Source of the DNA: a virus
Taxonomy: Duplodnaviria > Caudoviricetes
Strand: one strand, 5' to 3'
DNA: 64,000 nt
IMG/VR virus record: IMGVR_UViG_3300033121_002354
Location: 49,040 to 113,039 of that record
This document shows, in pieces, positions 31,469 to 41,381 of this stretch. The stretch's first letter is position 1. Each line of letters opens with the position of its first letter. The notes under the pieces were generated by a model. It was given only the letters and a program-made list of their open reading frames with translations, ran no database searches and was not told the origin of the DNA. A program made the translations under genes and the position numbers.

Positions 31469-31650
31469 ACCAAGATTATTTGAAGCAGGTCATAGATAAG
31501 GCGAGTTATGCCTATAACCTACTTCACTCTGGTAAAGATGTGCAATGCTTTTTTGCACTTCAAGGCTTGTTAACAATGCTGGAAAATTTAAAAACAATGG
31601 AGGCAGAAAATGTTTGTGAAACACAGCAGCCCAAAACAGGAACAAGTTGA
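31459..31650 (+). CDS. Small hypothetical protein
   Basis: 63 aa; AGGAG upstream. Confidence 0.5.
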   Translation: MAVNQDYLKQVIDKASYAYNLLHSGKDVQCFFALQGLLTMLENLKTMEAENVCETQQPKTGTS

Positions 31651-31807
31651 AGTCAGTAAAGAACTTCGAAAATGTTCCAATTGCGGAAAACCATATATGC
31701 CAACTTGTGGCAATTGTGGTTGCAGTTCTCTTTGTCCGTCCTGTAAACAAAGCAGCACTTCAATCAACGTTGACTCATTTAGCAAAACCCTAAAAGAACA
31801 AAAATAA
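31610..31807 (+). CDS. Small Cys-rich zinc-finger protein
   Basis: CSNC, CGNCGC, CPSC; GGAGG SD upstream. Confidence 0.6.
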   Translation: MFVKHSSPKQEQVEVSKELRKCSNCGKPYMPTCGNCGCSSLCPSCKQSSTSINVDSFSKTLKEQK

Positions 31808-31811
31808 GTAA

Positions 31812-34109
31812 ATGATCACATTAGTATTGGGCAATGTAGATACTCGTATTGTTGGCGAGATATCTGATGAGGAATATTATGACCTCAGAAGATATCTTTC
31901 TTTTCGTCCATCTGGTTTTCTTTTTCACCCCCTTTACAGAAAGAAAATGTGGGATGGATGGGCCAGACTTATTAAGAAGAATAAAGGCGGAATCACCTTT
32001 CCAAGCGGGCTTCTTTCTCTCGCAAAAGAAGGATTAACAGAGCTAAATATTCCATTTTGCGTAAAAGATGGTCGTACAAAACCACAACCAACTCTGGAAA
32101 TAGAATTAAGCTCAAATATAGTTTTGCGTGATTATCAGGAGCTGATAAAAAATCACTCATGCAATACAGGAAGAGGTCTTATAGGACTAGCGACAGGCGG
32201 GGGAAAAACTGCAACCAGTGCAGCCTTGATTGCCGAACTTAAAGTGAAGCCATTTTTGTTTTTGGTGACTTCTATAGATCTCTTAGAACAAACAGTAGAA
32301 GCTTTCGAAAATTTCTTGGTGCAAAACGGCAAACCTGCAAAGATTGGCAGAGCCGGAAATGGCATTGTTGATTTACAAGATATTACCGTTATGACAGTAC
32401 AAACAGCTATGAGAGCTTTAGGGAAGAAATACAAAAAATACGACTCTGAAAGCTCCGACAGAAAAGAGAACAATGGTGTCATAGCAAAATACCGCAAAGA
32501 ACTAGTTCACTTTATGACAACATGTCAAGGGGTCATATGTGATGAATGTATAACTGGTGATTCTATTGTGCTGACAAAAAATGGCCCACAACGAATGGAC
32601 AAATTAAAAACAGGGCAGGAAGTGCAGAGTTTAAGTGGTAATAGTGTTGTATGGAAAAAAATAACTCATTTTTATCGCAAAGGGAAGAAAAAGACATTCA
32701 AAGTCCTGCTGAACAACAACCAAAGCATTCGTTGCACAGCAGACCACTTAATCAGGACAAGCAAAGGCTGGAAACCGGCAGGTTCGCTAAAACAGAACGA
32801 CCAGATTTTGTGTTCTGGGAACATGACAGTGGCGGATATGGAGACAGAACTGCATCATTCAGAACTTCATGCCATCCAGAATTATCACTTATCTATAACA
32901 TTACTCACGTTAATGGCAAAAAACATCTCTCAGAACAGTGGTTGGACAGAATTGGAGCAATCGGAATGGCATGGTGGGTTTGCGATGATGGAAGCAGATC
33001 AAAATCATCAATCAGACTTCATACAGAAGGGTACTCGCTGCAGGAAGTCGAGATCGCAGCAAGCTGGATATCACGTATATACGGAAAAGTTTCCATCTAC
33101 AAATATAAACATAAAGAATACAGAACACTCGGTCTCGGAAAAACAGCAACCGATAGAGTTATTACAGAAATCGCGGAATACGTTCCAAAATGTATGGAAT
33201 ATAAACTTTGCAAGTGTTAACTCGGTAGAACCTTGTGGCGAAGAAGAAGTTTTTGATATATCGGTTGAAGACACTCATTGTTTTTTTGCAAATGGAATGC
33301 TTGTTCATAACTGTCAACATTGGAGAGCAGACCAGTGTCAAACTGTAACCAAAACTCTCGAAAATGCATATTACCGTTTTGGAGCTTCTGCCACCGCCTT
33401 CAGAGATGAAGGTGATGATATGGCTATTCAATCGTGCTTTGGTAAGTTTTTGTGCAATATAAAAGCATCTGAACTTATTGAAAAAGGATATCTTGTACAA
33501 CCAACAATCAACATTGTTCACTATAAACCAAAATTTGTAAAAGGAAACACTTATCAAGAAATATACAAAGAGTGCATTGTTGAGGATAAAAAGTACAATG
33601 CGTTGGTAGCAACCACAGCAAATAACTATATTAACCAAGGACGATCTGTCCTTATACTTGTACAGCAAATTAATCACGGCGAATCTCTCGCCAAGATGAT
33701 TCCTGGTGCTCTTTTTGTTTGTGGTGATAGTCCAAAAAAAGAGAGAACAGCAGCACTCAAAATGCTGCATAGCAGGAAAATAAAATGCATTGTTAGTACA
33801 TCAATATTTGATGAGGGCGTAGATATACGGTCGCTAGATACACTTTTAATGGCTGGCGGCGGAAAAGCAAAAACAAGAGCACTTCAACGTGTTGGCAGAG
33901 TATTAAGGATATTTGATGGGAAGAAAGATGCTATCGTGATAGACTTTAGTATTCATGTTGAATATTTGTTAGGCCACGCAAAAGAAAGAGAAAAAATTTA
34001 CAGGACAGAACCGTTGTTCAATATAGAACACATCCCAAATAAAAATGACCCACCAGAAGTTTGGGAAAATCTTGGATTTTCAAATCACAAAACTCAAAAG
34101 CTATTGTAG
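31812..34109 (+). CDS. Superfamily 2 DNA helicase (UvsW/ResIII-like) with intein
   Basis: Q-motif LRDYQ, Walker A ATGGGKT, motif II DE|CQH after splicing, SAT, FDEGVD, QRVGRVLR. Confidence 0.9.
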   Translation: MITLVLGNVDTRIVGEISDEEYYDLRRYLSFRPSGFLFHPLYRKKMWDGWARLIKKNKGGITFPSGLLSLAKEGLTELNIPFCVKDGRTKPQPTLEIELSSNIVLRDYQELIKNHSCNTGRGLIGLATGGGKTATSAALIAELKVKPFLFLVTSIDLLEQTVEAFENFLVQNGKPAKIGRAGNGIVDLQDITVMTVQTAMRALGKKYKKYDSESSDRKENNGVIAKYRKELVHFMTTCQGVICDECITGDSIVLTKNGPQRMDKLKTGQEVQSLSGNSVVWKKITHFYRKGKKKTFKVLLNNNQSIRCTADHLIRTSKGWKPAGSLKQNDQILCSGNMTVADMETELHHSELHAIQNYHLSITLLTLMAKNISQNSGWTELEQSEWHGGFAMMEADQNHQSDFIQKGTRCRKSRSQQAGYHVYTEKFPSTNINIKNTEHSVSEKQQPIELLQKSRNTFQNVWNINFASVNSVEPCGEEEVFDISVEDTHCFFANGMLVHNCQHWRADQCQTVTKTLENAYYRFGASATAFRDEGDDMAIQSCFGKFLCNIKASELIEKGYLVQPTINIVHYKPKFVKGNTYQEIYKECIVEDKKYNALVATTANNYINQGRSVLILVQQINHGESLAKMIPGALFVCGDSPKKERTAALKMLHSRKIKCIVSTSIFDEGVDIRSLDTLLMAGGGKAKTRALQRVGRVLRIFDGKKDAIVIDFSIHVEYLLGHAKEREKIYRTEPLFNIEHIPNKNDPPEVWENLGFSNHKTQKLL
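32547..33311 (+). mobile_element. Intein (255 aa) inserted in helicase motif II
   Basis: Starts CITGDS after DE; block B CTADH; block F VFDISVEDTHCFFANG; ends LVHN followed by +1 Cys. Confidence 0.93.
32651..33220 (+). CDS. Alternative-frame LAGLIDADG endonuclease (C-terminal half) nested in the intein
   Basis: NGKKHL..AWWVCDDGS..LHTEGYSLQEVE..VPKCMEYKL aligns by eye with the second half of the 26080-26934 endonuclease; -1 frame relative to the helicase; expression unproven. Confidence 0.7.
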   Translation: MEKNNSFLSQREEKDIQSPAEQQPKHSLHSRPLNQDKQRLETGRFAKTERPDFVFWEHDSGGYGDRTASFRTSCHPELSLIYNITHVNGKKHLSEQWLDRIGAIGMAWWVCDDGSRSKSSIRLHTEGYSLQEVEIAASWISRIYGKVSIYKYKHKEYRTLGLGKTATDRVITEIAEYVPKCMEYKLCKC

Positions 34110-34118
34110 GTTCCTGTT

Positions 34119-35498
34119 ATGCCAATTCAATTTAAAACGAAGTTCAAATGGGACACCGAAACTTCCCCGAACGAAACGTTCCAAAGACCACTGCACGAAG
34201 TAATTCAACTCATTCGCCACTTACCAAATCCATACATTGGTAATAAAAAGAAACTGTTGCGTTCACTTCATAACTTCATGCAGAACAACAACTTGAAATT
34301 TGACACCTTTCTTGATGCATTCACAGGAAGTGGAGTTGTCGGGTTGTTTATGAAAGCTATGGGTAAGCGAGTTATTGCCAATGATTTACTGGCTTGTTCA
34401 TACTTAAATGCTGTTGCTCTAATAGAAAATTCTGGAACAACTTTGTCTCCAGATCAGATTGGATCTATTTTGAACAAAAATACGCTAGAAAGCGACTTTG
34501 TTCAAAAGAACTGGATGAGCACCTCAAACACGACTCAATTGCGTAGAAGATTTACTGAAAATGAAGCTATCCAGTTAGATCACATTAGATCCAACATTAA
34601 AAACTTAAGCCAGTTTACCGCTCAAAGTATTGGATTAACAGCAAACAGTTTAGTGTGCATGAGAATGCCATTCGGTTTTGCTGATAGAAGCATTGATATT
34701 TACAACCACCGCAGAAAACAAATAGAAAAGTATGGAAAAGACTCAGGTAATCACGATAGACGTATAGGAATTTATTACGATGACAATCTAGATCTTGATT
34801 TCAAGAAGTGGTTTCCAAAGTACGTAGGATCTATTAATAAAGCCGTCTTAAACAACTCACAGATTGTTAATGACGCAAAAATACAACATGCCTTGGCATT
34901 CTTCGGTATACAGAATTATTTGTATCACGAAGCATTTAAAGGCGGCAGATTGAACAACGGACAAATACTGAAAAGGGTAGATACTCGCAAAGAACAAGAT
35001 GGAGTGATGAGATTTACCCAAGAAGATGTTCAAAAGATGTCTTTTGCAGAATTAAGCTCTGTAGGAAAGTGCAGTTGTATTGCTACTAATTGTGACGTTA
35101 TAGATCTGTTACAAAGCGGATTTGTAGACGTTGAATGTGGTTATTTTGATCCTCCATATGGTGGAAGTTCAAGTGATTACCTGTCAATGTATCAGTTTTT
35201 TGAAGAATTTATCTACGAAGAACAAATTGAAAATCTTCCCCATTTCAAATCTATGGATAGATTTTCGAAGAAAACTGATTACGAAAAGAACTTTCTTGAT
35301 CTGTTAGATGCTGCCAAGAACATTCCTATATGGGTGTTTTCATATAACGATAAGTCATGGCAGGGTTTAGAGCATATTATTTCCCTGATTAAAAAGTTTA
35401 GAGGCCATGTAGTTTCCGAAATTGTGGACTACAAATACAAATACAGAAGCAAAAATAACGCTGCGGGCAAAGAATATTTGATCGCGGCAACAGTATAA
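34119..35498 (+). CDS. DNA adenine methyltransferase (Dam/D12, alpha class)
   Basis: PYIGNKKKL, DAFTGSGVV (SAM binding), VIANDL, YFDPPY, WVFSYN, KEYLI. Confidence 0.88.
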   Translation: MPIQFKTKFKWDTETSPNETFQRPLHEVIQLIRHLPNPYIGNKKKLLRSLHNFMQNNNLKFDTFLDAFTGSGVVGLFMKAMGKRVIANDLLACSYLNAVALIENSGTTLSPDQIGSILNKNTLESDFVQKNWMSTSNTTQLRRRFTENEAIQLDHIRSNIKNLSQFTAQSIGLTANSLVCMRMPFGFADRSIDIYNHRRKQIEKYGKDSGNHDRRIGIYYDDNLDLDFKKWFPKYVGSINKAVLNNSQIVNDAKIQHALAFFGIQNYLYHEAFKGGRLNNGQILKRVDTRKEQDGVMRFTQEDVQKMSFAELSSVGKCSCIATNCDVIDLLQSGFVDVECGYFDPPYGGSSSDYLSMYQFFEEFIYEEQIENLPHFKSMDRFSKKTDYEKNFLDLLDAAKNIPIWVFSYNDKSWQGLEHIISLIKKFRGHVVSEIVDYKYKYRSKNNAAGKEYLIAATV

Positions 35499-35509
35499 TT
35501 TAAACACAT

Positions 35510-36000
35510 ATTCAAGGCTCTCCCACTTCCTTGTTGGAGCCGCGACGGCAATTTTACACCCAGAGATGGGAATGACCGAAACAAGGTGAACTATTTCGTC
35601 GAATGCCATCTATTCAATCGCTTTGGCATTTGCATTAGAGATTTAGTTCGAATAACTATTTTAGCGGTTGAAGTGTCATGTCGCTTTTACAAGAATGAGT
35701 CCATTGCCCTCCTTACGGATACGTGCTTAAAACTCAATAAGTATTAGTAGTGGCTCACAGGCGTGCTACCAGTTGTTATGGAAACCCTGACTGGATTAAT
35801 AGACACGTCGTGGCAGGGGTCTGAGATTAGGTTAAAGCCATATGGTGAATAAGCACCCTGTTCTGCTTAATGCAGGATTGAATACCTAAAACTCATCGAA
35901 ACGCTCAGCTTTATACTGCAGTTTCGTTAGAGAATGACCACTGGTAAAGTAAGTCTCTTTTTTGGGCCTTATTTTTTACCAGGGGTTACTTTCTCTACAA
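35510..36000 (+). ncRNA. Putative large structured non-coding RNA of unassigned family
   Basis: Only long intergenic gap in the window. Nested stems: CCTTGTT 35529/AACAAGG 35586 enclosing GCCG-cga-CGGC and CCCA-GAGA-TGGG; GAACTA 35588/TAGTTC 35649 enclosing AATGCCA/TGGCATT; CCAGT/ACTGG; CGAAAC/GTTTCG; long 35928-35997 stem. G-U pairs favour the + strand. Confidence 0.6.
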
Positions 36001-36025
36001 CTCGCATTACCTGCAATCAGTAAAT

Positions 36026-36054
36026 TTGACCCGTTGAACAATTTATCTTATATT
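36026..36054 (+). promoter_or_regulatory. Sigma70-like promoter, probably giving a leaderless rnhA mRNA
   Basis: TTGACC-N17-TATATT-N6-ATG(36061); no SD. Confidence 0.6.
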
Positions 36055-36060
36055 TGACAC

Positions 36061-36513
36061 ATGAATTACGAACTATATACAGATGGGTCTTGCAACCCAA
36101 ATCCAGGTGAAGGTGGTTGGGCGTTTATAATAGTAGAAGTAGATGAGCCAAGGTCTATCAAGTCAACTGGAAGTGGATACGAACCAGTATCTACTAACAA
36201 CCGCATGGAAATGATGGCGTTAATAAAGGGACTTGAAAAGTACAACGAAATTAAAACTCCAGAAGATACTCTTACCGTAGTCACAGATAGTATGTACTTA
36301 TTAAACGGAACAACCAGATGGTCTAAAAAGTGGTGCAAGAACAACTGGACACGTAAACCAAGTCTTAAAAACGTAGATTTGTGGAAACAAATAAGGATTC
36401 TGGACGACTTAACAAAGGGCGTTTTCAGAAAAGTAAAGGGACATGCCGGTGATTATTATAATGAACAAGTAGACGTACTTGCAAAAGCATGTTGTAGTAA
36501 AAATATTTGCTGA
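36061..36513 (+). CDS. rnhA: Ribonuclease HI
   Basis: YTDGSCNPNPGEGGW, STNNRMEM, VTDSMY, KNVDLW, VKGHAG..YNEQVDVLA. Confidence 0.95.
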   Translation: MNYELYTDGSCNPNPGEGGWAFIIVEVDEPRSIKSTGSGYEPVSTNNRMEMMALIKGLEKYNEIKTPEDTLTVVTDSMYLLNGTTRWSKKWCKNNWTRKPSLKNVDLWKQIRILDDLTKGVFRKVKGHAGDYYNEQVDVLAKACCSKNIC

Positions 36514-37403
36514 ACACGTCTTTTAGATCTTATCTTTATCTTACTATGGACGATAAAGAACAGCTTATTCGGTATCTTGATCGAATAAACAAGAAAACTC
36601 CACAGACTCCCGTTCCAAACGACCAGCCCCAACAAAAAAGGTTGTTCACTGTATCAATTCTTAACGAAAAACCGTATGAGCTTGATTATCAACTGGTCAA
36701 GAGAAACAAGTTTCCACCAGACATTTCAAAGCTTTCAAAGTGGAACAATGCAGATTTTATTAAATACATTCTGTCAAAAACTAAAAACGTATTTATTGAA
36801 AGTACTCCAAGTAACAGTTTGCTGCTTAATCATTTAAGAAATAATCTGTCTAAATCAATAGGTTTTCACTTAGAAGATGAAACTCATGTATGTTCGAATC
36901 ACGAATTAAAGGACTACATTGACTATTGGATCAATGTAGTATCCAGCAATAAGAAGACCAATGTTGATTGGATGTGTAGTAAGAAATCGGTTAGACAATA
37001 TGTGTCTAATTATTATGTTGCCTCAAATTACAAACAAACCTTAGAAGAACTTATATTGAGTGGAAAATTCGAAGATGCCTTATTGGAGCATGGGATAGTA
37101 AATTTCTACGAAAGAAGTATCAAGAAAAACAAAGTAAAGAAAACACTTACTATTCTCAAAGAGACAATAGACTCTTTGGATCAACAGCGGTTTTTGCAAG
37201 TTTTTAAACAACTTCTGAAATCTTATCCTTACAAAATAGAACAGAAGTTTAAAGTGAATTTTATTATAAGAGAGGCGATAACAAAGTTTGATCTGAAGAA
37301 GTGGTTTGACTGTGATTTTGATGGAAAATTGTTTAAGACAGAAGAAGAAATAGCACGTATAAATCAAAAGAAGAAAAGAGATTTAGGTGATCAATGGGTG
37401 TAA
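36507..37403 (+). CDS. Hypothetical basic protein (start may be ATG 36546)
   Basis: Long Lys-rich ORF between rnhA and the AAA/DnaC/DnaB genes. Confidence 0.65.
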   Translation: MLNTSFRSYLYLTMDDKEQLIRYLDRINKKTPQTPVPNDQPQQKRLFTVSILNEKPYELDYQLVKRNKFPPDISKLSKWNNADFIKYILSKTKNVFIESTPSNSLLLNHLRNNLSKSIGFHLEDETHVCSNHELKDYIDYWINVVSSNKKTNVDWMCSKKSVRQYVSNYYVASNYKQTLEELILSGKFEDALLEHGIVNFYERSIKKNKVKKTLTILKETIDSLDQQRFLQVFKQLLKSYPYKIEQKFKVNFIIREAITKFDLKKWFDCDFDGKLFKTEEEIARINQKKKRDLGDQWV

Positions 37404-39133
37404 AAAAAGTAACTTGTACTAGTGAAGAATTGGTAAAAATGCAGAATGAATTATTGTTAATGGGCACCAGAGAAGTGTCCCAAGACATAATTGATTCTAT
37501 TAAAAGCCGATATAAACTTTTATATCTGGTGTCCTCCGAAGAGGAACGTGTAGTACGTTTTATACGTAGATTTTGTCAGTCTCAAAGTTATAACGGTTTT
37601 ATATGGGATTGCTCTCGTGGTTTAAATGATATTATGACCATGAAGGCTCCATCAACTTCGAAGCTGGACGAAGAAGAATCTAGCCCAACAATATCAGAAG
37701 ATATCACTGATCCGGCTATTGTATTAAATTACATTCTTGATTCCATATCGTGCAAATCTTATTCCAATGGAAGAATATACATATTGCTGGACTTTGACCA
37801 TTTTCTTCAATCAGAGCAGGGATATGTACTTGAAAGAAAATTGAAACAGTTTTCAAGATCAAGTGCAACTGATACGATAATCATTGTGTCACCTGAATAC
37901 GTTTCAACTCCAGGGTTGGATAAAGAGGTGACAGTTGTTGACTTCCCATATCCATCCAAGGATGAGATCAGAGCTGTACTGAATAAAGTAAAAGAAAAAG
38001 TTGCAGTAACTTATCCAGATATATTGAAGGCTGCCGTAGAAAACGAAGAAGAAATAATCTGGGCTGCTACCGGACTTACTTTGACTGAAGCGAGAAATGC
38101 TTTAGCAAAAACTGTAGTAAAAGACAAAAAGTTTACTACCACTACATTACTTCACGAAAAAGCACAAATCATAAGAAAATCACGTTTACTTGAATACTGC
38201 AATCCAGACATAACAATGGATGATGTTGGCGGTTTTACAGTATTAAAGAAATGGTTTGAATCAAGGAAAAGCTCATTTACACAGGAAGCTTTAGACTTCG
38301 GTGTGCCGGTAGCTAAAGGAATTTTTTTGTGTGGTCCTCCAGGTTGCGGTAAATCTTTTATCTGCAAGGCTTTAGCAAATTTCTATTCATTTCCACTTTT
38401 AAGAATGGATATGGGTGCAATGTTTGATAGTCATGTTGGGGCTTCTGAAAAAAGAATAAGAGAAGCCTTAAAAATTGCGGATGCATTAGCTCCTGCAATT
38501 TTGTACATTGATGAGATTGATAAAGGGGTTTCTGGAGGAAAAGGCAGTAATGATACAGATGGTGGGACGACGGCAAGAGTAATTGGAACGTTGCTGACAT
38601 GGATGCAGGAAAAAACGAGTAAAGTATTTATTGTGGCAACTGCTAATAGTACGGCAACTATTCCGGCAGAAATGTTAAGAGCTGGTCGTTTTGATGAAAT
38701 CTTTTTTCTTGATCTGCCGCACATGGTTGAAAGAGCAGATATTGTTTCTAAATTGATTTTAAGAAAAAGAAGAGATCCTTCGAAGTTTGATTTGAATTTA
38801 ATTGCTAAGTGTTCGGAAGGATATACTGGTGCTGAAATAGAAAAGGCCGTAGATAATGCTGTAATTTTCTGTTTTTCACAAAACAAGAAGGAGTTGACTA
38901 CTGAAGATATTGTTAGGTCATTTGGTGAGTTTATTCCGTTATCAAAATCTCGATCTGCTGAAATTGAAACAATGAGGGCTTGGGCCAAAGATGGCAGAGC
39001 GATAATTGCCAACTCCGATGAGCCTGTTAAGAATTTGAAGGTCAAAAACTCACCAAAAATTGACAAACCTAATAGCGATCATAGAGTTGAAATAGACCTA
39101 GATGAGGACTGTGGTCCGTTAGACATGGAATAA
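37394..39133 (+). CDS. AAA+ ATPase (Ycf46-like architecture)
   Basis: N-terminal LYLVSSEEER domain; GPPGCGKS, LYIDEIDK, VATAN, RAGRFDEIFFLDLP, GYTGAEIE. Confidence 0.88.
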   Translation: MGVKKVTCTSEELVKMQNELLLMGTREVSQDIIDSIKSRYKLLYLVSSEEERVVRFIRRFCQSQSYNGFIWDCSRGLNDIMTMKAPSTSKLDEEESSPTISEDITDPAIVLNYILDSISCKSYSNGRIYILLDFDHFLQSEQGYVLERKLKQFSRSSATDTIIIVSPEYVSTPGLDKEVTVVDFPYPSKDEIRAVLNKVKEKVAVTYPDILKAAVENEEEIIWAATGLTLTEARNALAKTVVKDKKFTTTTLLHEKAQIIRKSRLLEYCNPDITMDDVGGFTVLKKWFESRKSSFTQEALDFGVPVAKGIFLCGPPGCGKSFICKALANFYSFPLLRMDMGAMFDSHVGASEKRIREALKIADALAPAILYIDEIDKGVSGGKGSNDTDGGTTARVIGTLLTWMQEKTSKVFIVATANSTATIPAEMLRAGRFDEIFFLDLPHMVERADIVSKLILRKRRDPSKFDLNLIAKCSEGYTGAEIEKAVDNAVIFCFSQNKKELTTEDIVRSFGEFIPLSKSRSAEIETMRAWAKDGRAIIANSDEPVKNLKVKNSPKIDKPNSDHRVEIDLDEDCGPLDME

Positions 39134-39137
39134 TAGT

Positions 39138-39926
39138 GTGAAAATACAAGATTACTATGACAAAGCTGCCAACGAATGTAAGATATGTAACGGCAAGAAG
39201 TTAACAGTTACAGATGGCAAAAGTGTAATATGTCTATGTCAAAGGATGGCTCTTGCACGGTACAGGTGGGAAGAAATCCCAATTAATGGTGTTTATCGTT
39301 CATTAGACTGGAAACATTTTGGGAACACTGGGAAACTCGTACTTCCAAAACATGTTTACGAGTCTGCACGAGCATCGGTTTTGGGTTATTGTTTCACGAC
39401 TGCAAGTATAGGAGAATTAAAGAATTATCAAGCAAAACCTGAAAGTCTTAAAAAGATTGAGAATCTTACATTTAGAGTAGAAGTATCTAAACTGGTTGAG
39501 CGATGCAAGAATGGAGAAAATGTTGCCATTTTTGGTGACGAGCAAAGTGGCAAAACTTTTTTGGCTTCTTTAATTACCAGAGAGGCCATTCATACATCAG
39601 CATTCAAAAAAGAAATGCAAATAGAGTGGGTTCCTTTTTACAGGATTGCAGCAAAACTGGAATGGGGGAAGATAGATCAAGAATTTGTGGATGACTTATC
39701 TTATTTTTGTGACTTTTTGATTATAGATGACGTTCATAACACATCTAAAACCTATAATCCTGTCAGCTTAGACAACATTATTGGAACCCGCTCATCTAAC
39801 GATAAGGCAACTATATTAACTATACGTACAGGCACCAGTTTAAAAATGCTTGGCAATGAAATACTCAAGTTGGTAAACAGTCCAAAAACTTTGCGAGTGT
39901 TTTTAACACAGGAATCACATGACTAA
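39138..39926 (+). CDS. DnaC/IstB-like helicase loader
   Basis: N-terminal CKIC..CLC zinc motif; GDEQSGKT; FLIIDDV; directly upstream of dnaB. Confidence 0.7.
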   Translation: MKIQDYYDKAANECKICNGKKLTVTDGKSVICLCQRMALARYRWEEIPINGVYRSLDWKHFGNTGKLVLPKHVYESARASVLGYCFTTASIGELKNYQAKPESLKKIENLTFRVEVSKLVERCKNGENVAIFGDEQSGKTFLASLITREAIHTSAFKKEMQIEWVPFYRIAAKLEWGKIDQEFVDDLSYFCDFLIIDDVHNTSKTYNPVSLDNIIGTRSSNDKATILTIRTGTSLKMLGNEILKLVNSPKTLRVFLTQESHD

Positions 39927-41379
39927 CAAATTATTAATATCGGAACAAAAATTAATAAATTTAATGCTTAAAGATGATCGGGTTATTCAAGACCTTGTTT
40001 CTCGTAATATTACAGAAAACATGTTTTCTGAAGAACACGAGTTTTTGGTAAGGTCTATTTTTAAGCAATACATGACCACCTCCAAGACTTCAGTCACCAG
40101 ACTATTAAGCAGAGATACGTATAGAGCCAACCTTATTGGCGTCAACATGGGAGACATGGCATCTAAACTTACGGTTTATGACAGTTGCTCCTTTGAAGAT
40201 GCAGAATTGGGTGATGTTGAATATTTAGTTAAAGACCTGATTAACGGTTTTGCATCTCGCAGGACCGCAGTTGTTTTAGCACAGTATAAAGAAACTCTTG
40301 AGAAAAAAGGGCATTACGAGGCTGCAGTAAATCTTAGAAAGAATCTTGATTTCACTTCTTTTAGCGTATCCAATAAAACATCAAAGCTTGTCTCTCTTAG
40401 AGATCCAGATTCCATCAAAGAGTATCTGAACGAAAAGAAAGAACAACGTACAAATCCAGCAAAATTAATAAAGACCGGAATAGACGAAATTGACAAAGTT
40501 ATGCCTATTGGACCGGCCAAAGGTACTTTGACGTTATTTATATCACCACCTGGTTGTGGTAAAACCACAATAATGTTAAATATTGGCATTAATGTTACTA
40601 AAGCAAAGCACAATGTGTTATTTGTAACAATCGAAATGCCAGCTAACAGACTTATTGACCGAATAGCCTCTAATATAACGGGGATAGACTTTTCGAAAGT
40701 TAGTCAACCTGGATTGTTAAGTGAAGAAGAGTTTGCCGCGATTGAAAAAGCAATGACTGATTGGCATAAAAACTATGCTGGAAACTTTTGCATGTTGGAT
40801 ACTGGCGGTGAAATTACTATCTCTATGTTACAAAGAGAGATAGAAGATCGCTTGATCAATTTCAAACCAGATATTCTTGTGGTTGACTATCTGAGTATTG
40901 TAAAACCTGATGATCAAGACAGCAGGCATGACCTTAAATTGGGTGAAATTGCCAAAGGTTTGCGGGCTATCGGGGCAAGATATGACTTAGGAGTTTTGTC
41001 TGCTGCACAGTTGGGACGTGATGCAATCCGCAGAATCAGAAAAGACAAAGACCAAATGATGGGTACAGATGACGTTAAAGATTCTCAAGAAGTGGCTGCG
41101 GATTGCGATTTCATATTTGGATTATTTCAAAGTGAAGATGGAGATAATAAGCTTCGAGGACAAACCATTAAGTCACGTTATGGAAGATCGTTTAACAAAT
41201 TCAATCTTTACTTCGACGGAAGTATATGCAAAATAGGCAATTATGAGATTGCTGGTATAGGTGACAGCAAATTTAAATTACCTGACAAGAGCATGTTAAT
41301 AGATGACCAAACTTCAGATTTTTCTGCTGTAAACTTAAACAACGATGATGATGAAGAAGACACGTTTAATTTGGATTAA
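39919..41379 (+). CDS. dnaB: Replicative DNA helicase DnaB
   Basis: TGIDEIDK, SPPGCGKT, FVTIEM, VVDYL, AAQLGR, KSRYG. Confidence 0.92.
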   Translation: MTNKLLISEQKLINLMLKDDRVIQDLVSRNITENMFSEEHEFLVRSIFKQYMTTSKTSVTRLLSRDTYRANLIGVNMGDMASKLTVYDSCSFEDAELGDVEYLVKDLINGFASRRTAVVLAQYKETLEKKGHYEAAVNLRKNLDFTSFSVSNKTSKLVSLRDPDSIKEYLNEKKEQRTNPAKLIKTGIDEIDKVMPIGPAKGTLTLFISPPGCGKTTIMLNIGINVTKAKHNVLFVTIEMPANRLIDRIASNITGIDFSKVSQPGLLSEEEFAAIEKAMTDWHKNYAGNFCMLDTGGEITISMLQREIEDRLINFKPDILVVDYLSIVKPDDQDSRHDLKLGEIAKGLRAIGARYDLGVLSAAQLGRDAIRRIRKDKDQMMGTDDVKDSQEVAADCDFIFGLFQSEDGDNKLRGQTIKSRYGRSFNKFNLYFDGSICKIGNYEIAGIGDSKFKLPDKSMLIDDQTSDFSAVNLNNDDDEEDTFNLD

Positions 41380-41381
41380 TC

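Noticed and set aside
33162-33770. 202-aa minus-strand ORF
   Set aside because: Antisense shadow of the helicase with no motifs
35640-35660. GTTCGAAT as a tRNA T-loop
   Set aside because: The flanks do not form a 5-bp T-stem, and no cloverleaf or acceptor stem is present
38431-39066. 211-aa minus-strand ORF
   Set aside because: Antisense shadow of the AAA+ ATPase
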